This document shows, piece by piece, positions 50,259-62,808 of a stretch of DNA of 64,000 nt; the first letter of the stretch is position 1, and every line of letters starts with the position of its first letter. The DNA lies in the NCBI RefSeq assembly GCF_001194135.2, contig NC_069004.1, positions 25,836,600 through 25,900,599 on the forward strand, read 5' to 3'. The DNA is from Octopus bimaculoides. Taxonomy: Eukaryota. A program made the position numbers and the translations under genes. The notes beneath the pieces are model-generated. The model was not told the DNA's origin, made no database searches, and saw only the letters and a list, made by a program, of their open reading frames with translations.

Positions 50259-51824
50259 TGAGAGCCGGCCTTCACCAGTAATATATATTATAAAAAAAAA
50301 AAAGAGAGAAAAAAGACAAGAAAAAAAACAACGCAAGGACGTGGTACATGCAAAGTATTAATACATACATATGCATACTCACTTTCATCCTTTTGGGGTT
50401 AATAAAATAAGTACCAGTTGAGTACTGGGGTAAATGTAATCGACCTACCCTCTCCCCTGAAATTTCTGTCCTTGTACATGCAGTAGAAAGGATACACACA
50501 CACACACACAAATATATTTTAAGTTTTCTATATCTTTTTAATGCTTAAGGGAATGTTGTATCAGACTCCGTGTGTGTGTATATCATATCTAGTCTACATG
50601 ATGTACAAGCTAAGCCAGTATTTTTCCATATCGTCTTTAACTAATTAATCTCATTGGTAGTGTTTGTGTATGTGTTGTACCTGGGGCACCGCTTTCGAGG
50701 GTTTAGCTGGATAAACCGACAGCAATACTTATTTTATAAGGCTGGTACTTATTCTATCAATCTGTTTTAACAAAACGCTATATTATGGGGTGAGTGGCAT
50801 AAAGAAAGCCACAACGGCTGTCCAGTGATGGTGGTGGTGGTGGTGGACAAACACGGGTGACACCCAGCCACGTATACAACGGGCTTCCACTCACTTTCCG
50901 TCGACCAAATTCACTCAGAAGGCATTGGGAACTATGTTGGAAGATACTTGTCAAAGGTGCTGCCCTGTGGGACTGAACCAGAAACCACGTGGTTGCAAGA
51001 CGAACTTCTTAATCACACAACCAGGCTTCTAGGTCAAGCTAAACTAAAAACTCGAAACATGGCATTGAATTTTTTTTTTTTTTCGTTTCTGATTTTAATT
51101 TTTCGATGAGGCATTCTTTTAATTTGTATTATCTTTTAATTAATTAATAATATGACAGCGGTAAATTGTAGAATTCGTAAAACGGTCGACCAAAATGTCT
51201 ACAGTGTTTAGGTTACGAACGGAGTTCGAATACAGCCGGGAGATGATAAACAAATACTAATTAAATCGGTGATTCTACTTTCCCCCCCTCCCAAAATATA
51301 TGATGTTGTACTGATGTTAGGAAGCGTTGTAATTATATTTCCATGGAAATCGAATGATTTGACTTCAGGTGATTTGTGCATTGATCTCTCAAAGAATTAC
51401 GTATTTGATAGAATATAAGACGCGCTTTTTTTGTCATTTTTTTTCTTTCAAAAAAGGTTTCAAAATATCTCTCTGGGTCCTATATACGAACTTGAGCCTA
51501 TAATATTGCATGCTTTAATACACTCAAAAACTTTTTTTCTCTCTAATATTTGTGATGCCGGTTTTTACGGCTGGATGCCCTTCCTAACACCAACCAAGTT
51601 ACAGAGGACCGAGTGCTTTTTTTATGTGGCACCATGAGGTCTGTTTTGGTATAGTTTTTACAACTGGATGTCTGTCCAAATGCTAACCACTTTACAATGT
51701 TGATGCTTTTTATGTGATGAACAACCCTTCATTTCTCCCTAACCATCTCTTACCATACATCAGCCACACACAGCCCAGATACCAAATGACAAACCTGCAT
51801 TGATTCCATGAACAGGTGCCTTGA

Positions 51825-52400
51825 GTGCATCTTCAACTGGGTGGAGGCGCAGGCATGCCAACCTTGTCTCTTTTAACAGCCAAAAAAAACTCAAGTACTA
51901 TTCATATCAAGGAAACCTCACTGCATCATACACCTAGATATGAGTGTCACAAACTAGAGTTTTTATGGTTGCTCCAAATACTGGTTTCTATTATCACTGA
52001 GGATCTCTCCCAGTAAACGCATATCCTCAACATAGCTTGGACTGCATCCCAAAGATTGACCATTGGCCCTTTTCAGCCCCCAATGGTTTTTGATGAGCCT
52101 CAAGTGAGGCCCACAATGAAGTATTGCTCCTACATCTGAGTACTGCTATCCAAAGAAGGGCTACTATAGGGAATTGCATTAAATCATAAATAGACACACT
52201 CTAACCTCTGGCCCACAGTTGTGCCTGCACCTCTCTTTATCTTTTCTATAGCAATGACTACTGCTCTTTAGAGATAGCTGGTTCCATACTTGCACCATTC
52301 AGATACTTTTGATCCACTCCATATTGTCATCTGTTGCATCCAACTTCATCCCTCTTCTTCACACTAACCGCCTTACCTTTACCTGTTCCTTGCACCCCAA
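51825..52400 (+). mobile_element. Degenerate CR1/L2-group LINE, RT C-terminal region
   Basis: Broken frames give ITEDLS*..HILNIAWTASQRL, QVRPTMKYCSYI, AIQRRA and PLAHSCACTSLYLFY, matching the typical QVRP.MEYCS.IW / AIQRRA / PL.HRR...L..FY pattern. Confidence 0.75.
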
Positions 52401-52701
52401 AACATTGAACCTCCGGTATCTTTTCCCTCCTTGTGTCTTTCCTGCATTTAGAAAGACATCCAGCTGTAAAAAACCATGCCAAAACAGATCTCTCCAGTGC
52501 TCATGCTGCATAAAAACCACTCGGTCCACTCTTGATGTTAGGAAGGGCATCTGGTTGTAAAAACCATGAAAAAAACAGTAAAACCTGGTGCAGTCTTCTG
52601 CCTTGCCAGCTCCTATCAAATCGTCCAACCCATTTTAAATGAAACTTGTATCTCTTCTATAGTAAGAACTTTGCACTTGTCCCTATATCGTGCTCTAAAC
52701 C

Positions 52702-52959
52702 CAGTGTTTCGCAACTATAGTCCCCTTTGATTCCGGTTTTATTCCGGTGGACTCCCATAGCCATTCGATGTTTCAAAAAATTCATATTCCGTTTTTTATA
52801 ATTAAATATTATTAAGAATTGTATAAAAACAAGCGAAAACTGTTAAAATATTTTATGTATTGTAAGAAGTATGACCAGTTCAGCCAAACAGGAAAAATCC
52901 CCAATTTATTGCAGATAAATTTTAACAAGGGCCATGTAGACCCCGGTTGAGAACCACTG
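52702..52959. mobile_element. hAT (Charlie-like) MITE
   Basis: TIRs CAGTGTTTCGCAAC / GTTGAGAACCACTG; no intact 8-bp TSD. Confidence 0.65.
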
Positions 52960-53465
52960 CAGCCCCTCAACACCTGACAGGTGCTGGTGGTGGAGACCTG
53001 TTATATTTAGATTTACATTTCCTAAACAGCAGTTTTAACTTATTGAGAACACACGAATCATCTCCTGTTTCTCCCTATTCCGTGTTTCTATATCATATTA
53101 ATTCTTCACATGTTTGTATGAAGGTTACTGTCTTTTTTCAAAGATTTCCATACGATACACATAAGTGACAACACTTTATTTTTAAATAAGTTTTCAGTGA
53201 CACATTTATTACTTCAGTTTTTTGTTTTGTTTTTTTGGCAATTAAATAAATAGCATATAGCTTGTCAACACCAGCCAGGTATCTAACTGTAACGTAGAGC
53301 TGTCCTGTCAGATTTTAAATATACTTCACAGTTAAAATATTGCTAAAAATGTACCGTATTTGACATAATTTCACATCTTACTTACACATGATCGCGACGC
53401 ATTGTTTGCAGACTTCTGGCCTGTCTATGTGGCTCTAATTGTTTGCGTCTCTCACAAGTTCTCTC

Positions 53466-53520
53466 TTATCTATTTATTTATCTATCTATTTATTTATCTA
53501 TCTATTTATTTATCTATCGA

Positions 53521-53552
<32 letters not shown>

Positions 53553-53556
53553 TCTC
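53466..53556. repeat. Compound (TATC/TATT/TGTC)n tetranucleotide repeat
   Basis: Direct reading. Confidence 0.92.
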
Positions 53557-54101
53557 TCTCCCTCTACCTTTCTATCGATCTACATGTCTACCTCTATCTC
53601 TCTATCCCGTAAATTGTTTTTCAGTACTTTATTTTGCTAACATCGATAGAATAAAGGACAAAGCTGAGCGACCTCGGCGAGCTTTGAACTCAAAATATAA
53701 AGGACCATATCGAAGATACTGCTAGGCATTTTGTCGGACGGTCTAACGATTCTACCACCCAATTTTCTTTTCCTGTTGTCTCTTTCTTTCTCCCTCACCT
53801 TTCATAGTTTTTATGTTCTCTCCTCCATTTCTCTCAGTATTTCTAACTTTCCCTCTCATACTCTTGTAACTCTCTCTCCCTCTCTCTCGTGACTTGGCAC
53901 CACGTGTAAACCTCATTTGACGGGACTGTAAACTGCCGTTCGTTGTCATTGCAGTGCAAGCTGTCATTACCATTCGCACACATACCCAATATCACTAGCT
54001 TCATTGACTAAGGATAAAAAGAGGGGGGAAAACAGATATTAACTACAACTTACCATGTGGTTGGTAAGCAAGCTACTTACCACACAGCCACTCCTATACA
54101 T

Positions 54102-54218
54102 ATAAAATCAAAACAAGAACCAGGATATCAAGAAGTGATGCAGTACGACCGTTTCAAGGCACTTGGAACGGTCGTACTACCTTACCTCTGGATATCCTGT
54201 TGCTTATTTTGATTTTAT
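54102..54218. repeat. Long imperfect palindrome (117 bp); half-copy at 677-728
   Basis: Core AGTACGACCGTTTCAAG-GCA-CTTGGAACGGTCGTACT, extended by CAGGATATC/GATATCCTG and ATAAAATCAAAA/TTTTGATTTTAT. Confidence 0.88.
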
Positions 54219-55350
54219 CCACCTTACTTTGAGCTGTACGGATAATAAATACCGCACTGAATTGGTGCTTCAACTTAGGTACCTAATTCAACTGAATCTC
54301 AATTATTTATATATATATATATATGTGTGTGTATATATATATATATATATCTACATACAGGCATATCTTGGCTTACGTTGTTCTCAGTTATATGTCGGTT
54401 TTCAAAAATAAAAATCAGTAAAAATCAAGTCAAGTCATTTTTCTCGACTTTACGTCTGTCTACCGCAAATATTAAAATCGTAAAATCACTAGAAAACCCT
54501 TAAAAGCCCATAAAATTATGTGACTGTACAATAAATAAGAATAAAATCATATTGAAATATGTACAGTAATTAAGATACAAACCATAAAATAGTGTGGCTT
54601 AGTGAACGAAATCATGAAACCACCAAATTGTATGTACATATTGGTAAATTTAAAATAATTTAGTTTCTCTTTACTATTGCGAAACAATAATAATTACTGA
54701 ATTTGTTTTTTAAGTTTGAAAAAGGCTTTTATTTTACCATGTCTTATTGCAGAACACATTCATAAAGTGTCCGTGATGTATGATAAACACCGCCAAAATG
54801 TATTCGTAAATTTAGATTACTTTTTGTTTTTTACTGTACTCTTTTACTTTTTTACTTGTTTCAGTCATTTGACTGCGGCCATGCTGGAGCACCACCTTTA
54901 GTCGAGCATATCGACCCCAGGGCNNNNNNNNNNNNNNNNNNNNNNNNNNNNNNNNNNNNNNNNNNNNNNNNNNNNNNNNNNNNNNNNNNNNNNNNNNNNN
55001 NNNNNNNNNNNNNNNNNNNNNNNNNNNNNNNNNNNNNNNNNNNNNNNNNNNNNNNNNNNNNNNNNNNNNNNNNNNNNNNNNNNNNNNNNNNNNNNNNNNN
55101 NNNNNNNNNNNNNNNNNNNNNNNNNNNNNNNNNNNNNNNNNNNNNNNNNNNNNNNNNNNNNNNNNNNNNNNNNNNNNNNNNNNNNNNNNNNNNNNNNNNN
55201 NNNNNNNNNNNNNNNNNNNNNNNNNNNNNNNATCCTTTCGGGGTCAATTAAATAAGTACCAGTTACGCACTGGGGTCGGTATAATCGACTTAATCCGTTT
55301 GTCTGTCCTTGTTTGTCCCCTCTGTGTGTAGCCCCTTGTGGGTAGTAAAG

Positions 55351-55356
<6 letters not shown>

Positions 55357-55406
<50 letters not shown>
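55357..55406. repeat. (CA)n microsatellite. Others at about 18607, 28456, 57940, 58645 and 62777
   Basis: Direct reading. Confidence 0.97.
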
Positions 55407-55412
<6 letters not shown>

Positions 55413-55830
55413 CGATGGGCTTCTTTCAGTTTCTGTCTTCCAAATCCACTCACAAGGATTTGGTCTGCTCAAGGCTATAGTAGAAGACACTTGTCCAAGG
55501 TGCCACACAGTGGGACTGAACCCAGAACTATGTGGTTGGTAAGCAAGCTACTTACTACACACCCACTCCTGCGCCTATGTACTGTAGTAAAAATTAAAAA
55601 TTATTTGTTTCTAAGCTTATAATAGGTTTTATTAACCATGTATTATTGAAAATGCATTCATAAATAAAGTACAGAACTAGGAATGGTTATTATTGGTTTA
55701 ACCTGGAGACAAGTAAATTCAACCTAGCCTAGCCTAGAGACAAGTTAATTTGACTTAAGTCATGTCTCCTGGAACCAATTAAGGATGTAGAATGAGGTAT
55801 GCCTCTGTGTGTGTGTGTGTGTGTGTATAT

Positions 55831-55970
55831 AATAATAAATCTCTGAGCGGAGCGAGGTATAAACAGTAGCTGCATGACCACGATGTCGTGCAGCTACTGT
55901 TAATACCTCATTCAGAGATTTATTATTGCTCGTTTCCACTTTTTTGAGATCAGTGACGAAAAGTCACTAG
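55831..55970. repeat. 97-nt hairpin followed by a small 3' stem-loop ending in CTAG
   Basis: 16-bp, 7-bp and 17-bp stems with a 6-nt loop (55831-55927); AGTGAC-GAAAA-GTCACT at 55952-55968. Confidence 0.85.
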
Positions 55971-56593
55971 AAAAAGGATATATATATTTGCATTGGGAAC
56001 CACATCCCATCACCAACTGGTGATTGTCACATGCTGATGACGGGTCAATACCCAGAAACTCAGGTCCGTGTGTACCACGTCAGGTTGGAGATGGGAAGAA
56101 TGACTTCCCTTTGCAAATACTGGTAGGGCACAGATAGTGTGTCAGTAGCCAGTTGGAGATGTCTTCCTGGGGCTACAAGCTACAGTAGCATCGACCCTTA
56201 GGGATCAGCCACATTTAGGTGGCAAATATACTTCACGATATATATGTACATATATATATATATATATCTCAGAATGTTCCTACATTAGCTGTATACGTGT
56301 GTGTTTGTGTTTGTTAGATTTTATCAATGTTATCAGTTCATAACAATTAATTATAAGCTCAGACTGACTAAATGGACAGAAGGAAAACAAAAGACCACAG
56401 TGCTATATGCCTCTGTGTGTGTGTGTATTTCCATTATATTATATCCACTCATTTACTTTCTCTCTCCTTCACCATATCTCTCTCTTTGCCCACTCCAGTA
56501 CCTCTGTTGCTCTCTTTTCTTCACTGCTTCCCTTTCTTTTATCCTCATACATACACTGTCTATATATATATATATATATATATATTACATACA

Positions 56594-56819
56594 TTAACCC
56601 TTTCGTTACTAACCCGGCTGAAACCAGCTCTGGCTCTGAGTGCAAATGTCTTGTTTTCATAAGTTTTGAATTAAAATCTTCCACCAAACCTTAGTCACAA
56701 TTTATGTTCCTAACACTAGCTAAATGATAACTAAGTTATTTTACTAAATTCTTTGTTATATTTAAAGTAATTAAATGAAACAGAACATCTCAGAATAAAT
56801 GCAGTAACGAAAGGGTTAA
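56594..56819. mobile_element. piggyBac-type MITE, family A (218 bp)
   Basis: TTAA TSDs at 56594-97 and 56816-19; perfect 13-bp TIRs CCCTTTCGTTACT / AGTAACGAAAGGG. Confidence 0.92.
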
Positions 56820-57933
56820 TACACATGCACACTCACATCATTTCAAGGTGTTTGTGGAAGACATTTATCCATAAAATTGCAAATCAAGACTCTTAACCAA
56901 AATTTCCTTTGATCCGTGGTAGGTTTTTTTTCCCTACAAAAAGTACACATTTTCTTCTCTATATATGAAAATTCAAAAGCTGATTGAAAAGCGACATTAA
57001 CAAATTGTATATGCTCTTCCAGCCACTTAAATGTGTACATGGTCTATGAACATTCACAGTTGACTCGACACAAGACATTGTATTCTAATTGTTTGTTTCT
57101 ATTTGTCCAAATAATGTGACACGATTCTATTGTGTGATGCTTTTCTACTTTCACATTGTCATGTAGCTTATGCCTATTCGTCCAATCATGTGACATTTTA
57201 TTGACTCTACCAGGTGGCAGCTTCTTATACATTGATTGATTTTATGAATTCATTCTTTTTTCCACCATGTGGCTCCTGTTTTTAGTACAGTCTTATTAAT
57301 TCACACTGTGGACAGCTGGATTTAGTTTACCATTTTAGATTTCATTTTGGAATTATTGCAATATTTTTCGTTTGTTCATAAAATCAATATCTGAGTACAA
57401 TATCATTATTCATTCCTAGTTTACTTGTTTGTTGTTCAAATTTCTGCTCATTAGCTAAATATGATTTTCCTTAGAAAAACTGTTCACAACACAATTTTTT
57501 ATTTCGCCATATCATTCATAAACACTCTCCTAGCACTTACACACTCATGTACTCCACTTGTGGTTTGTTGTTCAGATTTTAAATTCTTAAGTGAATGGAT
57601 TCCAAGTCACTTGCATACACATGTAGTCTGCTTGTGGTTCATTGAGTTCGTTATGCGAGTTTAATTTTCTTCAGAAAAACCCATTCATTATTCAGTTTAT
57701 GAATTGAGAGAATCATTCATGGATTGAGTACCCCAATTGTGTGTGTTTCTCAATGCCACCCACTTTAGAGTGGTGGGCATTAGGAAGGGCATCCAGCTTT
57801 AGAATCCATGGTAAAGCTGACACTGGAGATCAGTGTGGACTTGCAGCTCGCCAGATCCTGTCAAGTCATCCAATCAGTGCTGGCATGGAAAACAGGCTCT
57901 AAATGATGATGCGCGCGCGCACACACGCACCCG

Positions 57934-57975
<42 letters not shown>

Positions 57976-58639
57976 NNNNNNNNNNNNNNNNNNNNNNNNN
58001 NNNNNNNNNNNNNNNNNNNNNNNNNNNNNNNNNNNNNNNNNNNNNNNNNNNNNNNAGTTCAATACTGCTTGCCTATCTAATGCAGGTGTTAGATAATCCT
58101 TAATTAAGCTTATCTCTTGTGCTATTGGAAATTGAATTGAAGTGGGACAGAAGCCAACATGCTAGAAATCCAACATCTAGCAGCCTGATTAAACTACTTT
58201 TACATCACAGACACTTCATATATTATTAATGAACCATTTGTTTTTATGAACTGTCTATCACTCACTTTCTCCTACTTTAACCTCTCCCCTATTACTCTCT
58301 CTCTCTCGCTCCTGCTTTGGTCTCTCTTATATTTCTCTCTCTCTTCTATTTCTCTCTATCTTCTCTTATTCTTTTGCTTCGTCTTTGTTTTCATACTCCT
58401 ATCTGTTGGTGTCATAACAACCCTCTGGTGTTGATGGTGAATAAATGGAAACTAGACACAATGTAGGTTAGAGTGAACTCTTTAGGATTGCTGTGGATAT
58501 GGCAACGTCTCTAGTGTTGGTACCATGATAAAGGACTTATTCTCTGTAAGCCTAGTACTTATTCTATTGGTCTCTTTTACCAAACCGTTAAGTTACAGGG
58601 ACGTAAACACATCAACATTGGTTGTCAAGCAATGGTAGT

Positions 58640-58678
<39 letters not shown>

Positions 58679-59640
58679 GACAGACAGACAGACACACACA
58701 CACACACATGATGGGCTTCTTTCATTNNNNNNNNNNCACACACACACACACACACAGACAGACAGACAGACAGACACACACACACACACATGATGGGCTT
58801 CTTTCATTTTCTGTCTACCAAATCCACTCACAAAGCTTTGGTGGTTGGCCCAAGGCTATAGCAGAAGACACTTGCCTAAGGTGCAATGCAGTGGGACTGA
58901 ACCTGGAACCATGTGGTTGGTAAGCAAGCGTCTTGCCACACAACCACTCCTGCACCTAATTTCAAACAATTATAAAGAATATGGAGACTGGTACATCATC
59001 AGATTTTTCTTTTATATTACAGTTTCTTTTACAGTGTAATTATTTGGTTACAATGACGAACATGTGTTTCTGCTGCACAAAGCATATGCAGTTGCACATG
59101 CAACCCGGTATTGTCTTCTGTGCACCTTCTTTCAGGGTTCTTTGAACAAGTGTGGTTCAGAATGGACTGAGTTAATTTCTTCATTTGTGGCTAGTTTAAT
59201 ACACTAAGGGAAGTGATCGGGGATATGTTGGTATATTCTATAGAAACATGTCTGTTTATCCATAAATATTATCTTGCTTGGAAACAGATGAGGGCTAGTG
59301 ACAATGGTTATCCAGTTGTAGAAAACCTCCCTTGATAAACTCTGTTGAACCTATGCAAGATTGGCATATTGGGTTAATGACATCACATGATAGTTGTAAA
59401 CGAGTATCATGATTATACAAGCCACATCATTCATTTGCAAATCTTTCACATAAATGTGTCTGGTCAGGCTTTGTTTGGAAACCATTGAGAACCGGCAGCA
59501 GCTGAAAGGGCATCCTGCCTTAGAAAATCTGCCTCAATGAATTGTCTGATTGATGTGGATGTTAAAACGAAGATGATGATGTACTAAACTAAGTAGGATA
59601 TGGGATGGAGGTATGTAAAATGTTAAATCATTTAGAGGAT

Positions 59641-60057
59641 GCCCTCATATCTGACCCAATCTTGTTCTTTAGTTGTGAGACTTGGACATGGACACAGTCC
59701 AGAGACCTTAGGAGCCACCTGAACTTTTTTGGTACCAGGACATTTCACAGGATTATGGATTACCATTGACTGGATTTTATATCCAGTCAACAACTCACAA
59801 ACTTTGTGTCCTGCTTCTTCTCTGATTCATCAGCTCAGACTGTTTGGTCATGTTGCCTGATTGTTCCTAGTTGGATCCTGTGTATTGTGTTCTCTTCTCT
59901 GAGAATCCAGCTAGGGTGATGGCTCATGGTGGGTGGCCACATCTCATATGGTCACAGCATATGAGAAAGCATCTTGCAGAGGCAGGAATTGATTGGGATG
60001 CTGCTCACAGGGTTGACTTGAACAGATGCAGACAATTGATGGATGCAGTACGGAGGA
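59641..60057 (+). mobile_element. Degenerate RTE-clade LINE, RT C-terminal region
   Basis: FSCETWT..SRDLRSHLNFFGTR, QLRLFGHVA*, DPVYCVL..HL.EAG..DAVRR; typical RTE YGCETW / QLR.FGHV.R motifs with stops. Confidence 0.75.
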
Positions 60058-60059
60058 CG

Positions 60060-60659
60060 AAAAGCTTCGCATATTTTTTCACCTGTCGCTATGTTCTGAG
60101 TTCAAATTCCTTCCATCTTTTCAGTGTCGATAAAATAAGTACCAGTTGAACACTGGGGGTTGATGTGATCGATTCATCCCCTCCTGCCAAAAACTGCTGC
60201 CCTTCTGGCAAAATTTGAAACCATTAGTATCACCAATGTGGCTCACTGGCAGAAATGTTTAGGGGTAAAATTCTGCCAAGGTTGACTTTGCCTTTCATCC
60301 CTTTCACATCATTAAAACAAGTACCAGTTGAACACTGGGGTCGATGTAATCGACTAACCCCCTCCTCTCAAATTTCAGGGCCTTGTGCCTATAGTAGAAA
60401 GGATTATTATTATTATTATCATCATCATCATCATCATCAAGGTGGTGAGCTGTCAGAATCATTACCATGTGGGCGAAATACTTAGCAATATTTTGTCTTA
60501 TCTTTACGTTCTGAGTTCAAATTCCACCAAGGTCAACTTTGCATTTTATCCTGTCAGGGTCAATAAAATAAGTACCAGTTGAGTACTGGGGTCGATGTAA
60601 TCAACTTATCTCTTCTCCTGAAATTGCTGGCCTTGTGCCAAAACTTGAAACCATTATTA
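60060..60659 (+). mobile_element. Three tandem copies of tRNA-derived SINE family 1, (ATT)n tail
   Basis: Head GGTGGTGAGCTGNCAGAATC, B box GAGTTCAAATTCC, central GCCTTTCATCC...ATAAAATAAGTACCAG, then ATT/ATC tails. Confidence 0.85.
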
Positions 60660-61189
60660 GTGTGGTTAATTATGGTTCATCTAATTATGGTTCAACTAAT
60701 CAACAACTTTACTGTGATTACATCAGTAATGCCCTTGAGCAAGTATCTCTTTTACCCTCTGCTGTAATTCTTGAACTGTTTCTCTGCCTCTAATTTTACC
60801 ATTATCACAATCACCACGACTACCACAGCCACCACCACCACCATCACCACCAACATGATGATAATAAAAAAAAGCTAAACTGCAAACAAGTAAACAAAAA
60901 TGAAAACAACTGTATAAAGAATTCGTATTGTTGTTAGTTTTGGCTAATGAGAAATTGTGATAAAGCTTCAGTTCCCAGCTGGAGCAATGTCCTAGGTCAT
61001 TATTGTCCTTGGGAAGGATCTTTACAAATGAACTTCACAACAAATCCTGTTTCTTTGATGTTTCGACATTTTGTCTTTCATATTTATATAAGAAATCATT
61101 AATCTAATTAGTGGTCAAATTGGACCAGTATTAATGACCGCTGCTGCTAATTTAGGGTATGTATATGTGATCTGCAGCATATGTGCTTA

Positions 61190-61800
61190 TGTAGTGCGTG
61201 TGTGTGTGTGTAGGTTTGTTGTATGTTATTGTCTGAGTCTTTGATGGATAGCATAATTAGTGTGTGTGAATGTGTGCCTATTTATGAGTGTGTGTGTGTG
61301 TCTGCATGTTTGTGTATGCTATTGTCTATGTGTGTGTGTGTGTACATTTGATGTATACTCTGTGTGTGTGTGCATGCATGGTGTATGTGCGTATTTAAGT
61401 CTTATTGTATGTGTGCGTGTGTATTTAGGTGTTGTTGCAGTGTGTGTGTGTGTGTGTGTGTGTACATGGTGTATGCTATAGTTAGGTGTATGTGTATATT
61501 TAGATGCACTGGTTTGTGTGTGTGTATTGCATGGAGCATGCTATATAGTTAGTGTGTGTATGTGTAACTGATGGTTGTTGTAGTGTGTGTATGTGTGTGT
61601 ATGCATATTCACGTGTTGTTGCTTTCATGTGTGTGTATTTGAGTCTTGTTGCATGTGTATGTGTGCGTGTGTATTTAGGTGTTGTTGCAATGTGTGTGTG
61701 TGTGTACGTGTGTGAACATGGTGTATGCTATAGTTAGGTGTATGTGTATATTTAGATGCTCTGGCATGTGTGTGTGTGTAGCTGATGGGGTATTTGGAGT
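61190..61800. repeat. Degenerate (TG)n field with an internal duplication of about 250-bp period
   Basis: GTGTGTATTTAGGTGTTGTTGCA..CATGGTGTATGCTATAGTTAGGTGTATGTGTATATTTAGATGC occurs at about 61418 and about 61667. Confidence 0.85.
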
Positions 61801-62284
61801 CTCTGCTAAGTCTTTGCTGATATCTTTAGCTAAGAAGTTTACCATTCCTGCAGAAGCTGCCAAACACTCTACCTGTACCCATATAATGGTACAGTTATGT
61901 AACTTGGCATCACTTCTACTGACATAGCAGATTTCAGGCTGCTTGGTACTACTGCACAATCAATGATACTTGTGGGAGTCTTTGAGATATTAACCAGAAT
62001 TATTCCTACCTCTACCCCCTCTCACTACCTTCTTTGGGTTACTTCCTCTCCTTCACTCTTACTTTCTCGTTTTCATTTAGTTTTTGTGTTTAGATGCGTG
62101 TCGACATGAATGTATAAATTTATATGTCTGTGCATGTGTATACACACACGCACGTGCGCGTGCGCAGACATCACCCTTTTACCTGTCCTAACCTTGTGAA
62201 AGACGAAACACATTCTTCAAATATCACTTTTCACCAAAAACAAAAACAAAATCACAATGACCCTTCCTTCAGAATATCTCTTAT

Positions 62285-62546
62285 AACTTAGCATTTACTC
62301 TCACTCTCTATCTCTCTGTCTCTTGCTCCCTCTCTCCCTTGCTCACTCTCTCTCTCTTGCTCTCTCTCTTGTTCTCTCTCTTGCTCTCTCTCTTGTTCTC
62401 TCTCTCTCTTGCTCTCTCTCTCTCACTCGCTCTCTCTCTCTCTCTCACTCGCTTTCTCTCTCTCTCTCGCTCTCTCGCTCTATCTCTCTCTTGCTCTCTC
62501 GCTCTATCTCTTTTGCTCTCCCTTCTCTCTCTCTCTCTCTCTCTCA
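62285..62546. repeat. Degenerate (CT)n tract
   Basis: Direct reading. Confidence 0.95.
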
Positions 62547-62720
62547 TTTTAATGTCAACTTTACCTTTCTTGCATGGGTCAGACAGAATTTATTGAGGTA
62601 GGTTTTCCTNNNNNNNNNNNNNNNNNNNNNNNNNNNNNNNNNNNNNNNNNNNNNNNNNNNNNNNNNNNNNNNNNNNNNNNNNNNNNNNNNNNNNNNNNNN
62701 NNNNNNNNNNNNNNNNNNTT

Positions 62721-62773
62721 TACAGGGGCATAAACACACCAACACTGGTTGTCAGGTGGTGAGGTGGGGGTGG

Positions 62774-62808
<35 letters not shown>

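Larger units (their letters stand above)
10918..62718. other. 13 assembly gaps starting near 10918, 22412, 28500, 33226, 34795, 39426, 44475, 47345, 49816, 54924, 57976, 58727 and 62610
   Basis: N runs, about half of them abutting microsatellites. No IDH2 exon appears to be lost in a gap, since the CDS joins in frame. Confidence 0.98.

Noticed and set aside
56843-57720. Minus-strand ORFs as a transposase or GIY-YIG remnant
   Set aside because: No recognisable domain motifs in any frame.
58660-58810. Direct duplication around the 10-N gap
   Set aside because: Typical unmerged contig or allele overlap.
22183-62807. Long ORFs containing X runs or HT/VC/YI/LS dipeptides
   Set aside because: Artefacts of N-gaps and microsatellites.
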